A stretch of 64,000 nt of DNA from the human T2T-CHM13v2.0 reference genome, Homo sapiens, in NCBI RefSeq assembly GCF_009914755.1, contig NC_060932.1; one strand, 5' to 3'. Under the pieces are notes generated by a model, which did no database searches, had not been told where the DNA came from, and saw only the letters and a program-made list of their open reading frames with translations. A program made the position numbers and the translations under genes. Numbering within the stretch: the first letter of the stretch is position 1; each line of letters begins with the position of its first letter. This document shows positions 61,056 through 64,000 of this stretch, one piece after another.

Positions 61056-62128
61056 ATTCCTTTCAAAATACTACTGTTCCTTGACAGTGCCACTGATCAC
61101 CCAAGCACTCTGATGGGAGATGTACAAGATTAGTGTGGTTTTCATGCCAGTGAACACAACATCCATTCTGCAGCTCATGAATCAAGGACTAATTTTGACT
61201 CTCAAGTCTTATTATTTAAAAAATACATTTTGTAAGGTTGTAGCTTCCATAGATTGTGATTCCTCTGATGGATCTGGGCAAAGTGAATTGAAAACCTTCT
61301 AGAAAGGATTCATCATTTTACATGTCATTAAGAACAATAATGATTCATGGCAAGAGGTCAAAATATCAACATTAACAGGAGTTTGGAAGAAGTTGATTCC
61401 AGCCCTCGTGGATGACTTTGAAGGCTTCACAACTTCCATGGAGAAGGTAGCTGCAGATTTAATGAAAATAGCAAGATAACTAGTACTAGAAGTAGAGCTT
61501 GAAGCTGTGTCTGAATTGCTGCAATCTCATGATAAAACTTTAACAGAGAAGTAGCTTCTTATGGATGAACAAAGAAAGTAGTTTCTTGAGATGGACTCTA
61601 CTCCTTGTGAATAGGCTGTAAACATTGTTAAAATGACAGGAAAGGATTTTGAATATTACATCAGCATAGTTGATAAAGCAGGATTTGAGAGGACTGACTA
61701 TAATCTTCAAAGAAGCTCTGCTATGGGTAAAAGGCTATCAAACAGCATTATATGCTATAGAAAACTCTTTCATGAAAGGAAATGTCCATAAATGTGGCAA
61801 ATTTCACTGTTGGCTTATTTTAAGAACTTGCCACAGCCGCCTCAGTCAGCAGTCATTAACATTGAGGCAAAATCCTCCATCAACAAAAAGATTACAACTC
61901 ACTGAAGGCTCAGATGATCATTGGCATTGTTTAGCAATAAAATATTTTTAAATTAAAGTATGCACATTTTTAGACATAATGCTATTGCACTCTTAGTAGA
62001 CTACAGTATAGTGTAAACATAAATTTCACAGGAACTGGGATACCAAAAAATTCACTTGACTCTATTGCGATATTTGCTTCATTTCAGTGGTCTTGAACTG
62101 AACCTGCAATATCTCTGATGTATGCCTG
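61056..62128 (+). mobile_element. Tigger1 DNA transposon, 3' half
   Basis: Transposase remnant [18 protein letters not shown]...[12 protein letters not shown]. Right TIR ...GCAATATCTCTGATGTATGCCTG followed by TA. Confidence 0.92.
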
Positions 62129-62499
62129 TATTAAATTACTTTTCTTTGAAAGAAAGAATGGGAGATGAAAAAAGCAGCAGAATTGCTTTTTATTTAGAAA
62201 CAAAAACTATGAAAAATGTAAACACTTAAAATGTTTCAAATAGTAATATCTGCCACTTTGGGACCTTTATGAGCCAAACATTAATTTGTGTCTCTATCTC
62301 TGTCAGTGTCTTTCTCTCATACACATACACGTAAAGCCCAGATGTTCAACCCTCATCTGCCTGTGAATGTAAAATAAGGTCTTTAGATTTCCCATTAGTG
62401 ACTTTGGAACTCTGCCTATCAAATTATATAGGTGTTTTGTCATCACCCAGGGTTCTCATCACAAATATTCTCAGGTATTTTTATTTGTGCAGTTTGTTA

Positions 62500-63051
62500 C
62501 TTAGTATTGACCTCAGCACTGCATACACCCATCCTTCTCTCCTCTGCTCCACAGTGTTGGGGTAGACTTTTGTAACCTACATTTCTCCAGCTCCCCTGCT
62601 AGCAGTCTGGCTGCCCTGTAGCCTGTCTTAATAGGAGGGCCTGGTGGGTGATCACAAGCAAGAGAAATGATAAAGGCATATTTCTCTTCTCTCTGTCTCT
62701 CTCCCTCCCTCTGTCCTCTATTTTCCTTTCTGTCTTGCTGCTTCTAGCAGGAGCTCTGGAAGTTATAAAAATTCCTCAGAAAACCAAGCCTTTGTATAGT
62801 GCCCCCTTCCCCACTATCTCAGAATGAGCCGTTTGCCCTGGGCCTTGGTATATCATCCCCTTTTTTGTTTGTTTGTTTGCTTATCTAGCTCTAGTAGTGT
62901 TTTCTGCCATTATTTGTCACTAGATTACCTCACTTCTCCTTTTTACTTCCTTGGCCCTTTCAATACTTGTGTAACCAATTTCCTATATTAAATTATTTCT
63001 GTTTGAAACACTGAGTGTTTTACGTCTCTCCGATTGGACCTTGGCTGATGC
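62500..63051 (+). mobile_element. Ancient ERVL LTR (LTR33/LTR41-like)
   Basis: ctacatttctccagctcccctgctagc...tgtaaccaatttcctatattaaatt...gaccttggctgatgca terminus. Confidence 0.55.
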
Positions 63052-64000
63052 ATTTGTGTATTAAACAGTCCTCCTCAATCTTCCACTGGCTTGCCAGGAA
63101 TGTGGAAACTCAAAAACATCCTTTCACACAAGAATCTGCAAGTCATATATGTCATATATGTATGTATGTTAGACACATACACAAGCACACACTTTAAGGA
63201 ACAGTCTCAGAAAAGCATATGTTAGTGTAATTCTTTTTATGTAAAAATGTACATGTATATATGTGCACACACACACAGATGTCCATGTGGATCAGCACAC
63301 TAAGAAAAATTATCTTCTGGTAGAGAACATTAACAGTTTTACTCTCATTTTTTATATGAAATCATATTAATTTGATCACTTTACAAAGCTATTTTTGTTT
63401 TGTTTTTGTTTTGTTTTTAATGACCTCTCACAGTCGTGTCAAAGCTACTTTTATTTTGAAAAACTTTACGAGCATATGAATATATATTAAAATATTTTAT
63501 ATTCATGAATTTGATTATATTAATTGGATATAACATGTAATAGAACTAGTAGATGGTAAAATACCAGATGTAATATAAAATAATGTGACTACAATATGAC
63601 TTTCTCAAAATAGAGACTTGATAGATGTTAAAATTTTTGTTTAAAAGTCAATTATATTACATTATTTGTCACATTATCATTTTTAAATTAAAGGATAAGT
63701 TATCATAACACTGACCTGATAAGTTCTAATCTGAGTCATTCTTGCATCCATTAATCTGATACCAACTGAATTTACACAATAAATGAACAAAAGACTGAAT
63801 TGAAAGAAAAGAAAGCACCGAATGTAAGATTGGTAATCATTTCTTCCAGGCACCTGTTTTTACTGTAACTGAACAGCAGGATACTGCATGACTCCAAAGA
63901 ATGTCTAAAAGGAGGAATAAAGCAATTTTCACGGAAAAGTTAAAGATTGAGTGACTCCATTTTGTTGGTTTGTGTTATAAACTTAATGCTATTTAAATGT

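Overview
This is AT-rich mammalian genomic DNA, almost certainly human: it contains an AluYa5 copy differing by about 1 base from the consensus as I recall it. I see no recognisable protein-coding gene, and the listed ORFs are repeat-derived or chance ORFs. The window is mostly a layered record of transposable elements. The main ones are a 5.7-kb HERV-H provirus with two ~98%-identical LTR7up-type LTRs and a CACAT target-site duplication (TSD; 27271-32998), an older two-LTR MER34/MER4-group ERV1 (17718-24324), and solo LTRs (MER41A, LTR9-like with two perfect octamers, MER50, MER67-like, MaLR/ERVL). There are also a full-length Hsmar1 mariner interrupted by an AluY, a MADE1 palindrome 3 kb away, a 5'-truncated L1PA7-like element, a Tigger1 half and about 10 Alus. 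The most promising signal is a possible pluripotency/early-embryo regulatory module (LTR7up HERV-H plus an octamer-bearing LTR9-like element, with a downstream CTCF-like motif and orphan exon candidates). It is built from known element families. I found no convincing evidence for a wholly new biological system. Subfamily names come from remembered consensus sequences and need RepeatMasker/Dfam confirmation.
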